This document shows, piece by piece, positions 12,592-27,651 of a DNA stretch of 64,000 nt. Position numbers and translations under genes: made by a program. Below the pieces are notes generated by a model. That model had not been told where the DNA came from and did not search any database. It worked only from the letters and a program-made list of their open reading frames with translations. Position 1 is the first letter of the stretch; the number at the start of each line of letters is the position of its first letter. This DNA comes from Phallusia mammillata. Taxonomy: Eukaryota. The stretch covers positions 6,262,001-6,326,000 of the forward strand of contig OZ281494.1 in NCBI GenBank assembly GCA_965637545.1, in the 5' to 3' direction.

Positions 12592-15500
12592 GTAAGTTTT
12601 TATAAAATTTAGGTCATGTTTGAAAACGGTGCTTGACTCCCAACTGACTTTCATGACGAAACGCAGATTTGAGTAGATTGTGTCTAAACAATGTTTATTT
12701 TTAGAAAGGTTTTACTGAAACGAGTAAGCTTAATACAGATTATATGCTACTGGCGGTTAGTTGTTTTCTTTTTTGATCTTTAATGAAATTTGACTTCCCA
12801 TGCTTAAAGAAAAAAAAAAGTTAAAACTTCACACTCTTTGGAAACGTATGGGAAACAAAAATCAACACAATTCAAATTTGCGCCGGTGGATGGCTAACAG
12901 TGAAATACCGACTTTAGAGTACAAATCAACAGTTTAAACGTCCATCACGAATAAACAACACAGATTTTTTTGTTTCCCAGGTGACAAAATACTGTCTGAC
13001 GTGACAGTGGTTTGAATAATGCAGTTATGAAATCAAAGTAAAGTCATATCGATTCTATAACACAGGTTGTTCTTCATCTGAATTTTATCTGTCATTTCGA
13101 GCGTCGGTTACGTTAGATTACTGTGTTTTTTCTGGCCTTTCGAACACAGGAACAAAGATTCTCTTAAAATAACTATGATAGTGACTGAAGAGTAAAGGTG
13201 ACTCATCGAGTAGTCGGTTCGCTTTTGTGCTGATAAGATCAAAGTCAACAAGTTGTTGAAAGTCGAAACGTACGTGAAGTTTAATGAGTTTCCAGTTTTT
13301 AGTTGGTTTAGTCAACAGATATGTAGCAAATTTCCAAGGCGGTATACGTCTGTGCGTGGGATTTAAGACCTAGGCAAGGGTTTATTCCCAACCTTCGAGT
13401 AATAGTTTATTGTGCGTTGTTGTAAAAATCACTTAAAATAAATAAGCAGTAGTGTATGAAAAATACACTCGTTTGATTCTTTGGTTTCATCATACTGTTA
13501 GGGGTTTTGTACTTGTTTAATCTATCCCTTTATCTTACTTCTCATTGGCTTTAACGTAACAAACAGTTCCAGTGCATAAGTTAGTAGACCTGGTAAAACA
13601 GTCAGTAGCTGTATAGGACTTAGCTTTATTGTGGCCATACGGTTAAGGCCTTGCCCTGTAGTGCATATGAGCCAACTGTTTTAGAACGGATAAAATTTAC
13701 AAGTAATGAACTACCCTTGAAGGAGCAGAAAATTTGCATATCACTGTCGGTATATGCAAATTAACCTTACCATACAAGGTGTAACCTGGTGATAATCCCA
13801 GCATGCCAAGGCGAGAAATCAAGTAAATTAGTTTATGTGTATTTACTTCAATGAAGATATAACATCTTTTGTTCTAGTGAAAGAAGTATATAATGAGGAA
13901 GCTCGACAGCCTACTAATCGTTTGAGCAGCTCAGTAATCAAAAATATCTTTGTGAAAAACCCTGACTTTAATTATTTCTGACTGGATCGGTTTAGTTCAG
14001 TAACTTAGCAAAGTATGTTTGATCTATATTATTGGTTAACTTGATTTGTTATGGCGTTTGGAAGATTGAAGAACTTTACAAAGTAAAACGGTGTTTACAA
14101 CCGATCTATAGGCAGTAAATGGTTTGTTGCTTTAAAAATTCAGCCTTGTTGTCAGATAATAACGCACCAGAATGGTCGCTAGGTGACGATACGGAGACCT
14201 GAGCTACGCGAAACCAGGAACACATTGGTCAATTGGGAAAAAAGGGCAAAGGGCCATTACGAAACCTTTTTCTCTCACCGCGCGCTGGATTCATGAATGG
14301 CTGACGTGCGGTCGCGCGGCGGTTGAAGGCTTCTCTGCCACGCGGAGTGTTTGAGGTGTAGGGAGAATTTCATTCACAAAAAAGGGGCAGCGCAGTTAGC
14401 TTATGAAATTCCGCGTTCATTTACGGGCAGAGCCGGGCACGGGCACAGGGCTTGTTGTACAGTCTCTAACTTATGTAAGCTAAGTGCTTGTAGGGCCTGG
14501 ATTATGTTCTGTAGTTGACATGTTGGGGAAAGATTATCTATGGCGGAGTTGGGAAGAAGTTAAACAAAATGACGTGGGTATCTGGTATTGCGCCATACTT
14601 TAACGGTGATGGGAATGTGGTCGGAGAAAATGTTGAGGAAAGTTTGTGAAAGATTAGAAACGATAAGATGTGTTGGTTTAGAGTTGGGAGGTTGGCACAA
14701 GGGTCGTGTGGTTGAGGCTTCATGAGAAGTTAGTATTTAGTAACCGTTTCTATTAAGTTTTGGTACAACTGGTTAACGCAATTAGAGGAAAAACGTTGCC
14801 TAGACAGAAATGGCGCAAAGTTTTTTAGGTTGATCTTTCGAGTCCATGTAACATAAATTGATTCCAGTTGCTTCTTGAGAACCTAGTTACATCCATTATA
14901 CTTTTAGTGGTACCAAAAATTACCGGTTGGCACACTTTCGGTATACGTTAATGCATAAAAAGCGCTGTTGTTCAGCTTAGATAGTATTGGTGCCTTTATG
15001 TTAATTTTTTAAATCAAGGTGTAAAGGAAGATGTTAATGCCTGTGCATGTTGATGTAAAAAACGATGATTTATGATTTAACTGTACAGTGAGGAAAACAA
15101 AAAAAAACAGGTAACAAATGCATCGTGTTACCAACAAAATGATCAAATCAACAGAAGACCTATGCAGTTGGCTTAGTTTGAAACTGTTCGGTTGTAGGTT
15201 TAAGCTATTTGCATTCGTTTAAGTCGGTAAAATGTAACCTACCCTCCAACGAGTACCACGGATTTCTTTGTGAGTGGGTATTGGCAGTTTAGCAGGGAAG
15301 CGGCCTGTTAGCTGTGTGTAGAATGCCGCAAAGCAGGCGAATTAAAACCACACAAAACGCATGAATGAAAAGTGGAAGTTTCAGATTACACCACCCAGAG
15401 GAAACAGCCAGCACGCCGCAAATGTTGATGTACTTCTTGTTGTGATCTCGATACACATTAATCAACTGAATGCGACAACCGACAATGTGCATGATACGTC

Positions 15501-16341
15501 GCTTGTTAAAGGAGTGTGCATGGCCAGTTGTCAATCCAATTATGAAAAAGCTTGCAGTTTTTTTAATTAGAACTAGGCTTTGAATGGCCCATTTTTAAAC
15601 CCATTTTTTCGAACGAATTTGAACAACGAATACATTTGGTAATATTTAACTTCAGAACGTGTTTTATGGTGGTGGGAACAGATAAGTTAGTTGATCGCCA
15701 GATCAGCAAACATTTAGATTCGTTGCTGATATTTTTTTACTTTATCCAAGAACACAATCGACTTTTTTGCAGGTTTTCAATTGACAAAAACAGTCACAAA
15801 AGTAAATACGAAACGCCCTTGTAGCCAGCGGGTTAACAAAATATAAAGGCCAAACGATCCAACATCTGAATTACTGGAATGCTTGCGCAAATATCAAGAA
15901 GACATTAACAAAGCGATAAAAACTGTTTGTCTTTTTCGGTTTAGTGAAACGCCCGCGAGTTTCATGAGTCAATACAAAGTTTATTGATAACGTAACTAAA
16001 CGCAAAATGACTGCTTCACGAATTGAAAGTGAATCATCAGCGACGTGTAAACTGGTTTCTATCATGATAAATCGGTAGTATCGGATGCTGGCGATTTGGG
16101 CGTGTTATATTAAAATGGTGATTTTTTCACTGTCGCAAAATGGCAAAACACTAAACCGTAAGGGATTGATCTTGGTTTGACAGCTTTCGCTAAACTAATC
16201 AAAATATGTTTTCAGACAAAAGAAATCAATAATAAAAGTGAACTAATGCGACAGGTGGGAATAAAATAAATAGAAACTGAATGTTGAACTGGGATCCTAG
16301 CTGCATTCGAATGAACAGATGTTAATCGCGGTTTGAAACAG

Positions 16342-16872
16342 TACACGGGGTCTATGGTTGTCGAGGCCGAGTGCTTTGCAGGGGAAGAAGGCACCGCGCT
16401 TGCACAAAACCTCTCATCACCGCCAGCCACCCTACGCACTGCGCAGACCGACGGATTCGCAACTATACTACCCTGCTGTAGAGGGCTGGACCGAAACAGT
16501 TGGTCCAGCGAAGCGAGTTGGTCGGCAAAAATGGGTGCAGAAGAAGTCACTGTGATATGTGAAGGATTTCTGGACAAGAAAGTCGATCATAGGCGCTTGC
16601 CTATTGGACCAGCATGGAAGCGAAAGTACTGTGTGTTAAGTTCGGATGGTTTGAGGATGTACAGGAGTAAAGCGAAGAAAGAAAGTGGTGGATCAGCACT
16701 GCGGACAGTTCCCTTGTGTCACATAAAGAGCGTGAGTCGGCTTAATGAAGAAGATGGCACCCAGGTTCGATATTTTGTACTGGAAACCGAACAAGGTGAA
16801 GCTATGACGTTTCGTTGCCGTGGTGACCTGGGATGGGTCGCTCAGATTCAGATTCAACTGATACATTATAAG
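16342..16872 (+). CDS. Exon encoding a pleckstrin homology (PH) domain
   Basis: Long open frame with PH hallmarks: ICEGFLDKK, WKRKYCVLSSDGLRMY, RTVPLCHIKSV, YFVLET, C-terminal helix GWVAQIQ. Acceptor aaacag at 16341, donor AAG|gtgagt. Confidence 0.9.
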
Positions 16873-17248
16873 GTGAGTTGGAATGTGCAAGTTGCATGCA
16901 AGTACGATATAGTAATGCAGAATATATGCTGCAATATGTTACCATGAAAATGCAGCAAACCTAGTACATTCATAAAAAACAAACAACTGCTAATATGTAC
17001 AAGGCGACATCAATCCTGCACTAACATTAGTTGAACTATGTTAGTTATAAAGAAAATAACTTTTCGTTTGGGATGTTGTTTTGTTAAAAAGCTACCCTCC
17101 GTTTGTTGCGCGACGGTTTTACCTGATCAGACCACCATATAAGAACCTGTCTGGACTGTTTAGCTAAAACATGGATTTACAAACTTATACTTGACTTGAG
17201 TCAAAACATGTGCGTATTAGTAACACACACCGGTAGTTGTAGCAACAG

Positions 17249-17407
17249 AGGTCTCGTTCGAAAAGCAATAAAGCGAGTATGACGTCACAAAGCGTGATAG
17301 AGGTCATACTGTCCCTAGAACGGAAGGAAGGGGGGTCGATCAATTGCAGCATATCACCTCGCATGAAACGCTGCAAAGCAGTTGACTTGAAAAGCGATCA
17401 CTTATTG
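17249..17407 (+). CDS. Exon following the PH domain
   Basis: Phase 0 to phase 0 open exon RSRSKSNKASMTSQSVIEVILSLERKEGGSINCSISPRMKRCKAVDLKSDHLL. Acceptor caacag, donor TTG|gtaaac. In phase with the PH exon. Confidence 0.7.
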
Positions 17408-18655
17408 GTAAACTTCACTTTCGAATTTGTCAACAATGCATTTAGAATTAATAACACGCAGATACAAAAAACACCTATTGCATTATCCGGCTTTGAGTTA
17501 AGGATTGTATAAATCGGTAAAAAAACGCTGTGAGGTGTGTTCAATTTCCACACTAAATATGCCTAAGTTATCTTCACAACTAAACCTTGCAATACACAAA
17601 ACGTGTATAGGATTCACATTACGTATATGCACTTCGGAGCAAATCGTGTAACAAATGGTGTGCTGTCGTTTAAAATGTATGGATATTTTTTTGTAAGGTG
17701 TACTTTTTATCAAGCCAATTATAAGTCCTTGTCCTGTGTTTCAAGGTTATTCAGTACGATCCCGTTCATTCCAAACATGTTTGCACGTATTTTTGGCTCT
17801 TATTTATGTTCACAAACCGGATCGAAAAAATAAATCTCATTAATTTTTCACAAGTCTTTTCCCGGGCGATTTTCAATCTAGGTGGGGAGAATTACTTATG
17901 GCTTACCTGATTGTTTGCAAAGCAAGCAGTGCGCTTAACACCATAGCTAATTTGTAAGCACCCAGCTAGCTAGCTCATACTTTATATGATGCAACGAAGG
18001 AATTGACCCATCATCCCATGTAGGATGGTTATGTCACCTTTGATGCCATAACAACTGTTTAAACAGCATTGGTTAGTTTTGCATGTGATGTGCAAACAAT
18101 CACCCGATGAAAAATGTGAGAAAATGACTGATTAAGAAAAAGGAACCAAATTTTTGTGAAGTATATATGGCAATCAAAAGAGGTGTATGATCGTTTTTTG
18201 TCAACATGCAGTAAATTTTCTTTGAACATTGTTGTTTCAAAGCTGTTGCAGCGAGCTGCAGCACATTCAAGGGCAACGTGAAATAAACCGTTATATATTT
18301 TACATCAATTTCTGTCTTTGGCGCCTTTGCTGCAAAACAATCGATGTATAATTGGATTAAGCTCAACCTGACCTGTTTGATGTCGGAACGAGATAGGGCA
18401 TTCGAATTTGCAACAAATATAAATCGAATTTGCATGCGTGGGTGGAAGGAAAGAATAATAGAAAAGTGCATACGCAATAATATTGATTGTTACATCTGAA
18501 ATGTCGCGTCCTTTTATTTTGATTTCTCTCGTTTTGTCGTGCCTGAATGTTCTTAAAATCCATCAACAATTTGGTCTTTATTTCATAACACCTTAAGTTG
18601 CCCAACAGCGTACTGTACATTTGAGTTTATTATTGACATAGTAAATTTATTCAGT

Positions 18656-18696
18656 CAGCCTATAATCCGAAGATTTTCAGCCTATAATCCGAAGAT
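18656..18696. repeat. Short tandem duplication (22-bp period, 2 copies)
   Basis: cagcctataatccgaagat occurs twice in tandem. Confidence 0.85.
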
Positions 18697-18883
18697 GAAA
18701 TCTTGTTTTTTTGTTATTCTTGCTATGACCCGTTGAGACAAATTGAGCGCCACGTAAACTAGTAAAACTTGAACACAGGATACTGAAACCACGCTTTCGT
18801 TGTCAACAGGCGGAAGAGCAAAACACTGGGTGTATAACAAATGACGAGACCACACGACAGTGTTTAATACCTTCTGTTTACGG

Positions 18884-19213
18884 CAGGGGTGTCCAAACTT
18901 TTTTTAATGGAGGCCAATTTTTACCAGGTGAAGACGACCGCGGGCCAACGTTTTTTAGAATTAGAACACAAACATACGACATTTAAAGGAAATTGTGGAA
19001 TTTTATTGCGTCAGCACCATGTACACTTCCTTTTTACCGGTAAATAAAGTTCCATGAAAAGCTTTTGCGTGAATCACAAGTCGCCATAACCCAAAAACTT
19101 AATCAAACTATGGTAGGTCATGCGTAACACAATTTGTAAAAAACAGCCGCGGGCCACGTGAAATGCCGCCGGGGGCCGCATTTGGCCCGCGGGCCGCACT
19201 TTGGACACCCCTG
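18884..19213. mobile_element. hAT-type MITE
   Basis: Perfect 14-bp TIR CAGGGGTGTCCAAA / TTTGGACACCCCTG. Perfect 8-bp TSD gtttacgg (18876-18883, 19214-19221). Subterminal GCGGGCC motifs. Confidence 0.95.
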
Positions 19214-22200
19214 GTTTACGGTTAGCAAGACAAAACTCCTGTGTTAAATATCCATCTTGTTCATTGTCACTTAATCAATATTACTGATGGGCCATCTCGC
19301 AAATTGCTGAGGTTCAGGTATTGAGAAGCGCACCGAGTAATTGAGAGGATTAGTTCAAGCTCAGCCATTTCTCTCGCTTGCGGAGTTTCGTGTTGTTATG
19401 GTGACAATAAACCACGTAACCACCGCGTGCTAGTTGGACCGTAACAATCACGTGATTTGCACCGAGACGTTGGGGAATGTGTATTTTGTGATGATCTTTG
19501 TGACGTGTGCAAACTCAGCAATTTTTACAAAGGTTGTCACGAAAGTTTAAATTTAGTACGAGTGCTGTTTGTAAACATGGCATTTGCTTCAACTTTTTTT
19601 TGTCTAAGAACTGATTGTTGTTTTAAACTTGGTAAAGTTCTATCTCTGTGGTAAAACGCAGGGGCTCAGCTTCTCTCCTAAAATTGGCGAAATATTTTTT
19701 TGTAATGCTGTACCCGGTTCAAATTTACATCTGGGGTCATTTTTTGCGCTTAAAGTGTTAAATGGATCAATTTTGCCACTTTCGAAATCTGATCGGCCAT
19801 TTTGCGTTGTTTCACCTTAAAACCGACTGAGAATTTCGGCGAAAAGTTACTTTGAGCCCCGATGCCATGCAAAACCCAAACGAGGCGAAAACCGCTTGAC
19901 GTGCTGGTGATGAGAAAGCGCACATTTGGGCCCCCGAGGCTTTATGTACGCATTTCAACGACTTGAAGTGCTACGGGAGTGTTTTAACGCAGCAGCTTTG
20001 AAGCAATTGAACAAAGTCCTTCCATCCCTTTTTCTTAAATATATGACGTCGATTATGCGGGCTGTCGTCAATGGAACGATAGTGTTTACAGCGTTTTGAA
20101 TAAAAAACAAACAAACGAAACGAATAAAACGAAAAGTTAAAGTTACAAATATGCTTGTAAGTTATACCTTGACTACACCTTAGTTAGGTATTGGTGGAAT
20201 GTAAAACGCCCCCAAAACATCATTTCTTTATTTCATTACTTCGCAGTTTATCCTTTAGCAAAAAGTGTTGGTGTCTTTAAGAATACAAACACCACACACA
20301 TGCAACAAGCCAACCAAAGGACTGAATTCGAAAAAACATGTACATTAAAAACATAGTAATCGCTCAGCAGAAACGCACAACCGATAAAACCATCCTAACC
20401 CGCGCATGGCATTATGTTCAAAAACCTTAAAGGCAGCACCTGTCCATACACTATACTTTTGGCGTCGCTAGGGGCTTAACTGTTGTCAGATCGTGATGTG
20501 GGAGGGCAAGAAGGTTGTACTGAACGTGACAGGGAGACGGCTTGACACCAGATATTAGGGTTTGGGGGGAATTGAGAAACGCTTTCGGAGTTTTATGAAA
20601 ACATTAAAGCGTGAAAGCATATCGATTTACCTCGTGTGTGCTGAGATGGATATGAACAGATAATGAATACGATTCCCCGGGGTGGGTTATATTTCTTCCA
20701 ACCGTATTTAAAGAGTCAAAAAATAACGTTTTGCAGATCTAATTTGGTGAGTTTTTTTTTTAAGTAAAGTCAGAAAAAAATGTTATTTTTTGACCCGTAT
20801 AAGATGCATAACGTGTAAAATATTAAAATTTGTTTGAATTAAATGTTTTTGAAATGTTGTAGTTTTCGTGGCAATTTATACATACATTCATAAAGTGACT
20901 TGTCACCCACACCATAGGTTGTGAAGGTGGTCAGCTGTTGCCTACACAAAACAAGCCGTGGGAGTTAAATATATCTTTTGGTTAGTGTATGTTGGGATAA
21001 AATGCCTTCAATGCGGTCAGATATTTTTGGAAATGCCAACAAACTAAATCACACCTTTGCGTAGAAGTCACCAATACGATAGACTACTATATTCCCCTAA
21101 TCTTCGGAAATTTCCGAGCATACGAAGCTAAAAATCATGTTTAATAACTTTCCACATAAATAGACGCAGACATCAAAATGTGTTTTATGATCAAAACCAT
21201 AAAGCAAGTTTTAAAACAAGAAATAATTTATTTCAAAGTTGTTTGTAACACTTAACAGTACAGTTCCTTTAAAACAACAAGGCAATTTGCAATAAGCTTT
21301 TATGTATTAAACACTTTCACATGGCTGATTGAATAATCAATTTTGGTGCTGTTTTTTGCCACAGACACGACATGCAGAATTAATCTTCCATAGCGAAATC
21401 TTAGCGAGCACCCAATATATCACACGTGCAACTGGACACCATCACTTTATGTGCCGATAATTAATTCATCACCTACTTTCCCTATACTGGAGATGGGCAG
21501 TCACTGAGTTAACAAAAATCTAAGTAACCTGGTTGATGTTTTTTTTTTATCATGATATACAAGTACGCAAAGTTGTGCGCTAAAATGAGTCCTTTATCCA
21601 ACTTTAAGCATCAAATAAAATAAAGAGTTAGCAGAAAGAATACAGGTAAAAATCTATTAGCAATTGAAACCGTATAGTTTCTTAAAAAGGCGTGTTGATT
21701 TGTTTTAGGCGCCACAAATTCAAATCCTAAGAACAGGCGTGTTTCCATTTCAGCCAAAGTTCTTCAGTGCGTTCCCAACAACCAAAAATCGCGTACCTTA
21801 TACTGTAGTGTTACTTGTAAACACATGTACTCTGGCGTTAGGGTTTAATGATTGATAGGCTTGTGTGGCGCAGCATACGAAACATGTTCGCTGTTTCCGA
21901 ACCATGTAAACGCGGTTTTTACATTCCGCAAGGCTATAGGGGCAACGGTGGTCCCAACCTAAACTGCTCAGCCTTTTTACCTTTTTTTATTTATGTGAAG
22001 ACCATCGTTTGACTAAATGAAAACATTTATGGAAAAAATATTAGTTGCGTTATACAGTGTGTGAACGTTGATAAACAACTACAGAACATTTGTCAATTTC
22101 CCACAATTGTTGATAAATTGTCTGTGGGATCGTGGAAGTTGTTGTATCATTTATCATTAAAATCTACTGAGAAGACATAGTAACAATCCTTTTATCCATT

Positions 22201-25200
22201 TTGTGCTCAACTTATGCAAGGCCACCCAAGAGCACCATGAATTTGGTCCGCTAACCTTGTAAAGCAAATTGTAGGCCTTAAAAGGAAAACCAAGTGTCAG
22301 TACAACGTTGTCTGAGATCAAGGGTTTTCTGATGTGCATTGAGCTGTTGTTTTTCATAAGTCATGCCAAACACTTTGATTCGAAAATAGTGATTCGAAAA
22401 TAAGTTCCTATAGGCAACGCAGACCAGTTTTAATTTTAAAGCCTTGGAAGGCTTTTCGTGACGGTCGTTGACCATATTACAAGACTGCCACAGTTGTCAA
22501 AACAGCTGAAAACAGCTACTCTAGTAATTTGAAGTGCGGTGAAAGTCTTCGTTATGTTAAGTTTTCCGTAAATGCCTTAAGTTTTCCGTAAAAGGCCACT
22601 TTTTAGCCTCTCTGCGTACTGTTTCTTCGGTTATTCGTCAACGACATTTGGTGCGTCATATAGCAAACACTCACAGCCTCAGAAGTTATTTATAAAAATC
22701 CCCCTGGTGTTTGATCGCACCTTTCCACCAAGAAGGCCGTTACGTCTGAGTGACTTTGTTTGACTTTGCTGTAGCCGCCCCTGTGCCTCTTGTTGCGTAA
22801 TAATGCCCCAAGCCTCGTGGTTTATATCGTCACTAAACTGGCTTTGTTTTAAGCGCTTTTCTCTTAGTTGGAACAAACAGTCGTTGTTTTAAACCCCGAA
22901 TTTCTTTTGGGAATCATAAATTACACATTTTAACAAAGGCAAGGTTAAGCAAGAAACATTAACGTTTTGACAATGGTATATGAGTAATCACGTAAGGGTA
23001 AAAAAGTCTTCCATTAGCCCGTGATGAAAAAGCCCTGTAGTCTTGAAGCATATGTAAAAGTGTAGGCCTGGTCATCAACAAAGACACACACGCTACCAAA
23101 AAGCAACGACGATTTAACTGAGCTTAAAATAAGCAACTTTTCGGTAATCAACAAACGTGACAGACGTTACGCCACATCCAAGCCATCTCACAGTACAAGT
23201 AACACACGCCTAAACTTCGTGAACAACCAAAACCGGAAGTCTAATTGACGCGCTCTGTTCAAACGTGACGTATCTAGCAATTTCAAGGTTGCAATCAAAA
23301 CGCGCCCAGACAACGATGACGTCATTGGTATGGCGTCACAGGCTGGACATGCGAAAATAGAAAAGTTGTTTTTGTGAAACTTGTCAATCAAGTGTGTATT
23401 GATCATTGACTGTTTAAGGGAAGAAATAACATGGCCAATAAACGCTGTAATAGACTAGTTAAAAATGCCTGTTGTTTAATTTTGACTGTTCTACAACACT
23501 GCTTGGCGTTTAGTTTAGTGGACCATCAATTTTAAACATATAAGTACGATGGAGTAAATGGAATCGCAATTGTAGTGAGGGTTTGTAAAGACTTGCTACT
23601 GTATTTGCTTATCTTACCTCTAACATTCATTTGTTGTTTCTTTACCCAATCAACAACAAAATGTTTTCATAGCAAAGTAGCAAAATGTATACATCGGAAA
23701 TATGATATTTTCAATGGATAAGAAAGATTCAAATTAAATCTTGTGAAATTAAAATGTCCTGACCTCAAATCCTCATTAGCGTATTAAGCTGCAAATCTAC
23801 AAGGCTAACGTTGGTAATTATTGCTAGGAGAAACGATTTATCCCCAAGACACAAATGTTCCAGAAATATAATTGGATCTTTCCAATAAGCAGCTTCCTAC
23901 AATCACCTTAACTGTTTCGCTCATCGCAATTTTCTGCTGTTAAATTCTCATTAGTTTTAACACATCGTGAACAAAAAATCGCTCATATCATGATTTATAT
24001 CTGCTCTGTGGTTTGTCGGCCACACCCCGCTGTCACGGAACAAGGATAGTTGGGATGACGTCGTTCATTGAAATTAAACTAAAGTAGTTGAACTTTCATG
24101 GTTTCTAGAATTTTGTCAGGCAAAGGTTAAGTTTTGTTTTTGTCGTTTTTTTCCTGGAATGTGTATTTTTCTGAAGAAGTTTTTAGATCCTGTTAGATGT
24201 ATCCAGTTGTACAGTAGCTTTACACTTTCAATGCAAACAAGACATTGTCCAATGTTTGACCTTGAAATAATACCTAAACTGACCTTGAAACCAAATCGCT
24301 TAAATTGGATCAAATCCCTGAAGGATGGTTTACCGCTTTTGGTAAGCAAATTTACATGTAAACAGATAAACTACCTCGACTGGTCTCAACTATACTTAGA
24401 AACTAAAGTGTAAGTTCAGCATCGTAATAATGCAAAAACCCCAGCCATGATTTCGTGCGGGTAAAAAAGCATCGAATTACAGTTATCGCTTGCAAAAGCG
24501 GTTTTACGTTCCCAGGCATTGCAGCACGACGCAAAATTTCCCCTAAAATGGATTGGACGTTCTGATCATGGAATTTCTAAACGAAAAAATAGTCCAAAAC
24601 TTTGCGGGAATTTTTGCGTCGTTTGGTGTGTGAAATTCCGTAATACGGTGGGCGTTTTGTAGGTGCTTTTGATTGGTTGTTGCAAACACCTTTGCAGCAA
24701 ACTTAACGTGGAATATCGCAATTTCTGAATGAAGTTTAAAGACATTTTGCGCTGGTTTAACTCATAAATTCGGAACAAACCCACACATTCGCAAAGTCAA
24801 GTAGATGCAAAACCCACATACGAAATTAAACGACCTTCGAGAAGAAAAAAATGACCTTCAAGCGTTCATCAGAGAATATTTTGCGTACATGACAATCCCG
24901 CTTCGGTGAATGGTGGGAGCACACCTATTGGTCATCGCAGTAATCACTAGAACAACAGCCGCTGGCATGAACCAAGCTTAGTAAGGTTTGCTCGATGTTG
25001 ACGCTAAAGGTTTCTCCTGCCCTTCACTGTCCGCGGTTAGAGATGGGCCGATACGTCGGACCGGGTTAAAATGATGACTAACATCACTTTTTGCGAGCTT
25101 TCCCTTCTATGCGAGGTGTTTGCGCCCGTCTTTGCGGCTGGATTTGACATTTGAAAATGACAAAACTGTTGGATTTAGATTTAAAATGACGCATTGGACT

Positions 25201-27228
25201 GAGTCAAAACGCATAACGTATTTGTTTTTTTCGTGATACGTGCAACCAGAACTATTTGTTCCAGGTAACAACAGGAAACATATTTTACTTTCCATTCCGA
25301 CTTCTTAAACAAGTAGTGTGACGCGGCTTTAAGTTTGCGGATGTACTTTTGACGATTTCAGTTTGCGTCATGCAAAGTTATCAGCAGCTCACGTCATGCA
25401 AGATTATCATAAACATAATATATTCCATCGGTCAGCAAGCAAATTTGAATTGATTTCCGTGCGTTTAACATTTTGTCACAAACCAGATGAAACATTAAGT
25501 TAGTTATAATTTACGTCACCTGGGTAAAGATTATGACGTCAGCGACCTTTGTGACGTCTACGACCGCCGGAAAATTGCTTAGCCCTTGCAAAAATATTAC
25601 GCAAGCGTATATTTGCATATCGCGAGTCAGAAAACGTATTGACAGCTTTACGACGACTTGACATCGCGGAAGCCCAGGGCGATAGTTCATGACGTTGATA
25701 AAACATGAAGCGGTGTGAAAGAGGTCAAATATAGAAGATGCAGTCCCCTTCAATGTTTAGAATCGAAAAACGTGTTGTTATTCTGACAAGGTCGTGAAAG
25801 TATAAGTGAGTTTATGTTGAGGGTGCCATTTCAAAAATTACTTTTCGAACCAGTTTTACAAACAACGTATCAATTTCTAATTGAATTGCTGCGGTTTTTG
25901 GCACGTGCCCAAAGAGAAAATTGATTGAAACATAAATACCTTTTAGGTACAAAAGGACATTCGTTTTTTAAGAATAAGAGCATAACTGGTTTTGCGCCAA
26001 AAGGTTGATGTTAAATAGTAACATCAAATTCATAATTGTCCCGCTGCCAAGAACGTTGATGTTTTTGTTACATCGGATTAAGCTTCGTGATAACGACAAC
26101 AGTTAACGAAACTTCGGTCAAAATTACTTGGTGTGATACGATCAAGTATTTCACTGAAAACGAAGCAGAAACGCTTTGAACTGCACTTGGCTCGAACCAC
26201 GCCCCCCATGAGATTTAATACTCTCCAGAGGCAGAACCTTTTGCTGGTAGCGGCCCACGAATGCTAAGATTCACCACACAGCACACGGGGGACCGTGGCC
26301 CTCCGAGCGCACGCACAATAGATTTCGAACATTTTGTGAGCTTCTCCCCACCTTGACAAGCTTGCAATCTTGTCGTATCATCTACAGTGATCGCAATCGC
26401 ACCTATTTTATCGCCCTGTGTGCTCCATTAGTCAAAGTTAGATTCTCCTTCGCTGGATAAACCACCGCCCAAGCAGCGAGACATGAATTCTACAGAGTGT
26501 CTTAAGAGTTATCTGCCAGAAACCCGTAATTTGCGCACTTATGTGGTTAGGTTTACTGACGTTACAGCCATTGGCTTGTCAGTCCGTTGGAGCTAAACCT
26601 TTCTTTGCTGGCTTGTTTATTGTTGCTCAGCGGAGACGCATGAAAATGGCGGAGAGCGTTTTTGCCGCAAAACTCTTGTTGACATTGTGTTCGGTTTAAG
26701 TGGTTCGTGTAAGTTGAAGGGTCATGGGTTCAAAGCTCACTCACTCCGAGACCACAAAACATTTACTATGCGAAATTATGTCTTGCATAATATTACCTCT
26801 AATTCGAAAAAAAGAAAATATATAGCAGCGCTTAATGCAGTCTTGTCTGCTTAATGCAGCATCCTTTTCCCCATTCATAACAATTTTACAACGTTGGCAA
26901 CTTTAGGCGCCTATTGTTATTTTCCCTTCCTTAACTGCCTTCCCCCCAACAGATATCCGTAGCTATAGCAACCCTCCCCCAATAGGTAGATGACTCACTT
27001 GCTTGCTTCCTATGGTGTCTTCCTTCAGATACGAAAGGTTTTGACGTAAATTGTACGCTGTGCTCTTGATGAACATTATGTTGTAAAAGTCCTGTGTAGA
27101 CATAAGAAACAAAAACGTCTATTTAGTAACTGCGAAAAAAAAACTTTTTCAATTTAAGTTTTTGAGTACAATCACTTTGGGCGCAATGCAAATCGATGAG
27201 ATTTTTGTTATTGCATATCCTTCTAAGC

Positions 27229-27651
27229 CAGCGGTTCTCAACCAGTGGGCCATGGAAGCATTTTGATTGGGCCACAGACCAAAAAAATTGAAAAGGAATG
27301 TAGATGAATTTAAATTAATCAATTTTCGGTATAAAGTTACTTTGAGTTTCTGCAACCCTGTATGTTTATGTGGTAATAAACTACTTTGTGATTACAATAA
27401 AGCCAGCAGCATATCCATTGTTCAATTACTCAGTCATAACTGAACGTGCTCGAATAAAGTAGGGAAAGTGCTGTTTTATGATTTTTTAATTAAGTTATTT
27501 TGAACTTATAATCTGTTTGAAATATGTTCTGCAGTTTTTTATGCTGAACCTATTTTGTAGTTGTTTTCCTTCATTCATAAAAATTTACTGGGCCACAGAA
27601 TTTTCGTGCAATGAAAGTAGGCCACGAAGGAAAAAAGGTTGAGAACCACTG
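27229..27651. mobile_element. hAT-type MITE
   Basis: TIR CAGCGGTTCTCAACC / GGTTGAGAACCACTG (14/15). Perfect TSD ttctaagc (27221-27228, 27652-27659). Confidence 0.95.

Noticed and set aside
18100-18477. 125-aa minus-strand ORF
   Set aside because: No recognisable domain or splice-consistent partners, and it begins inside a low-information AT-rich tract.
26165-26260. Minus-strand tRNA-like B box (GGGGGCGTGGTTCGAGCC)
   Set aside because: No cloverleaf or convincing A box. At most a decayed tRNA-derived SINE.
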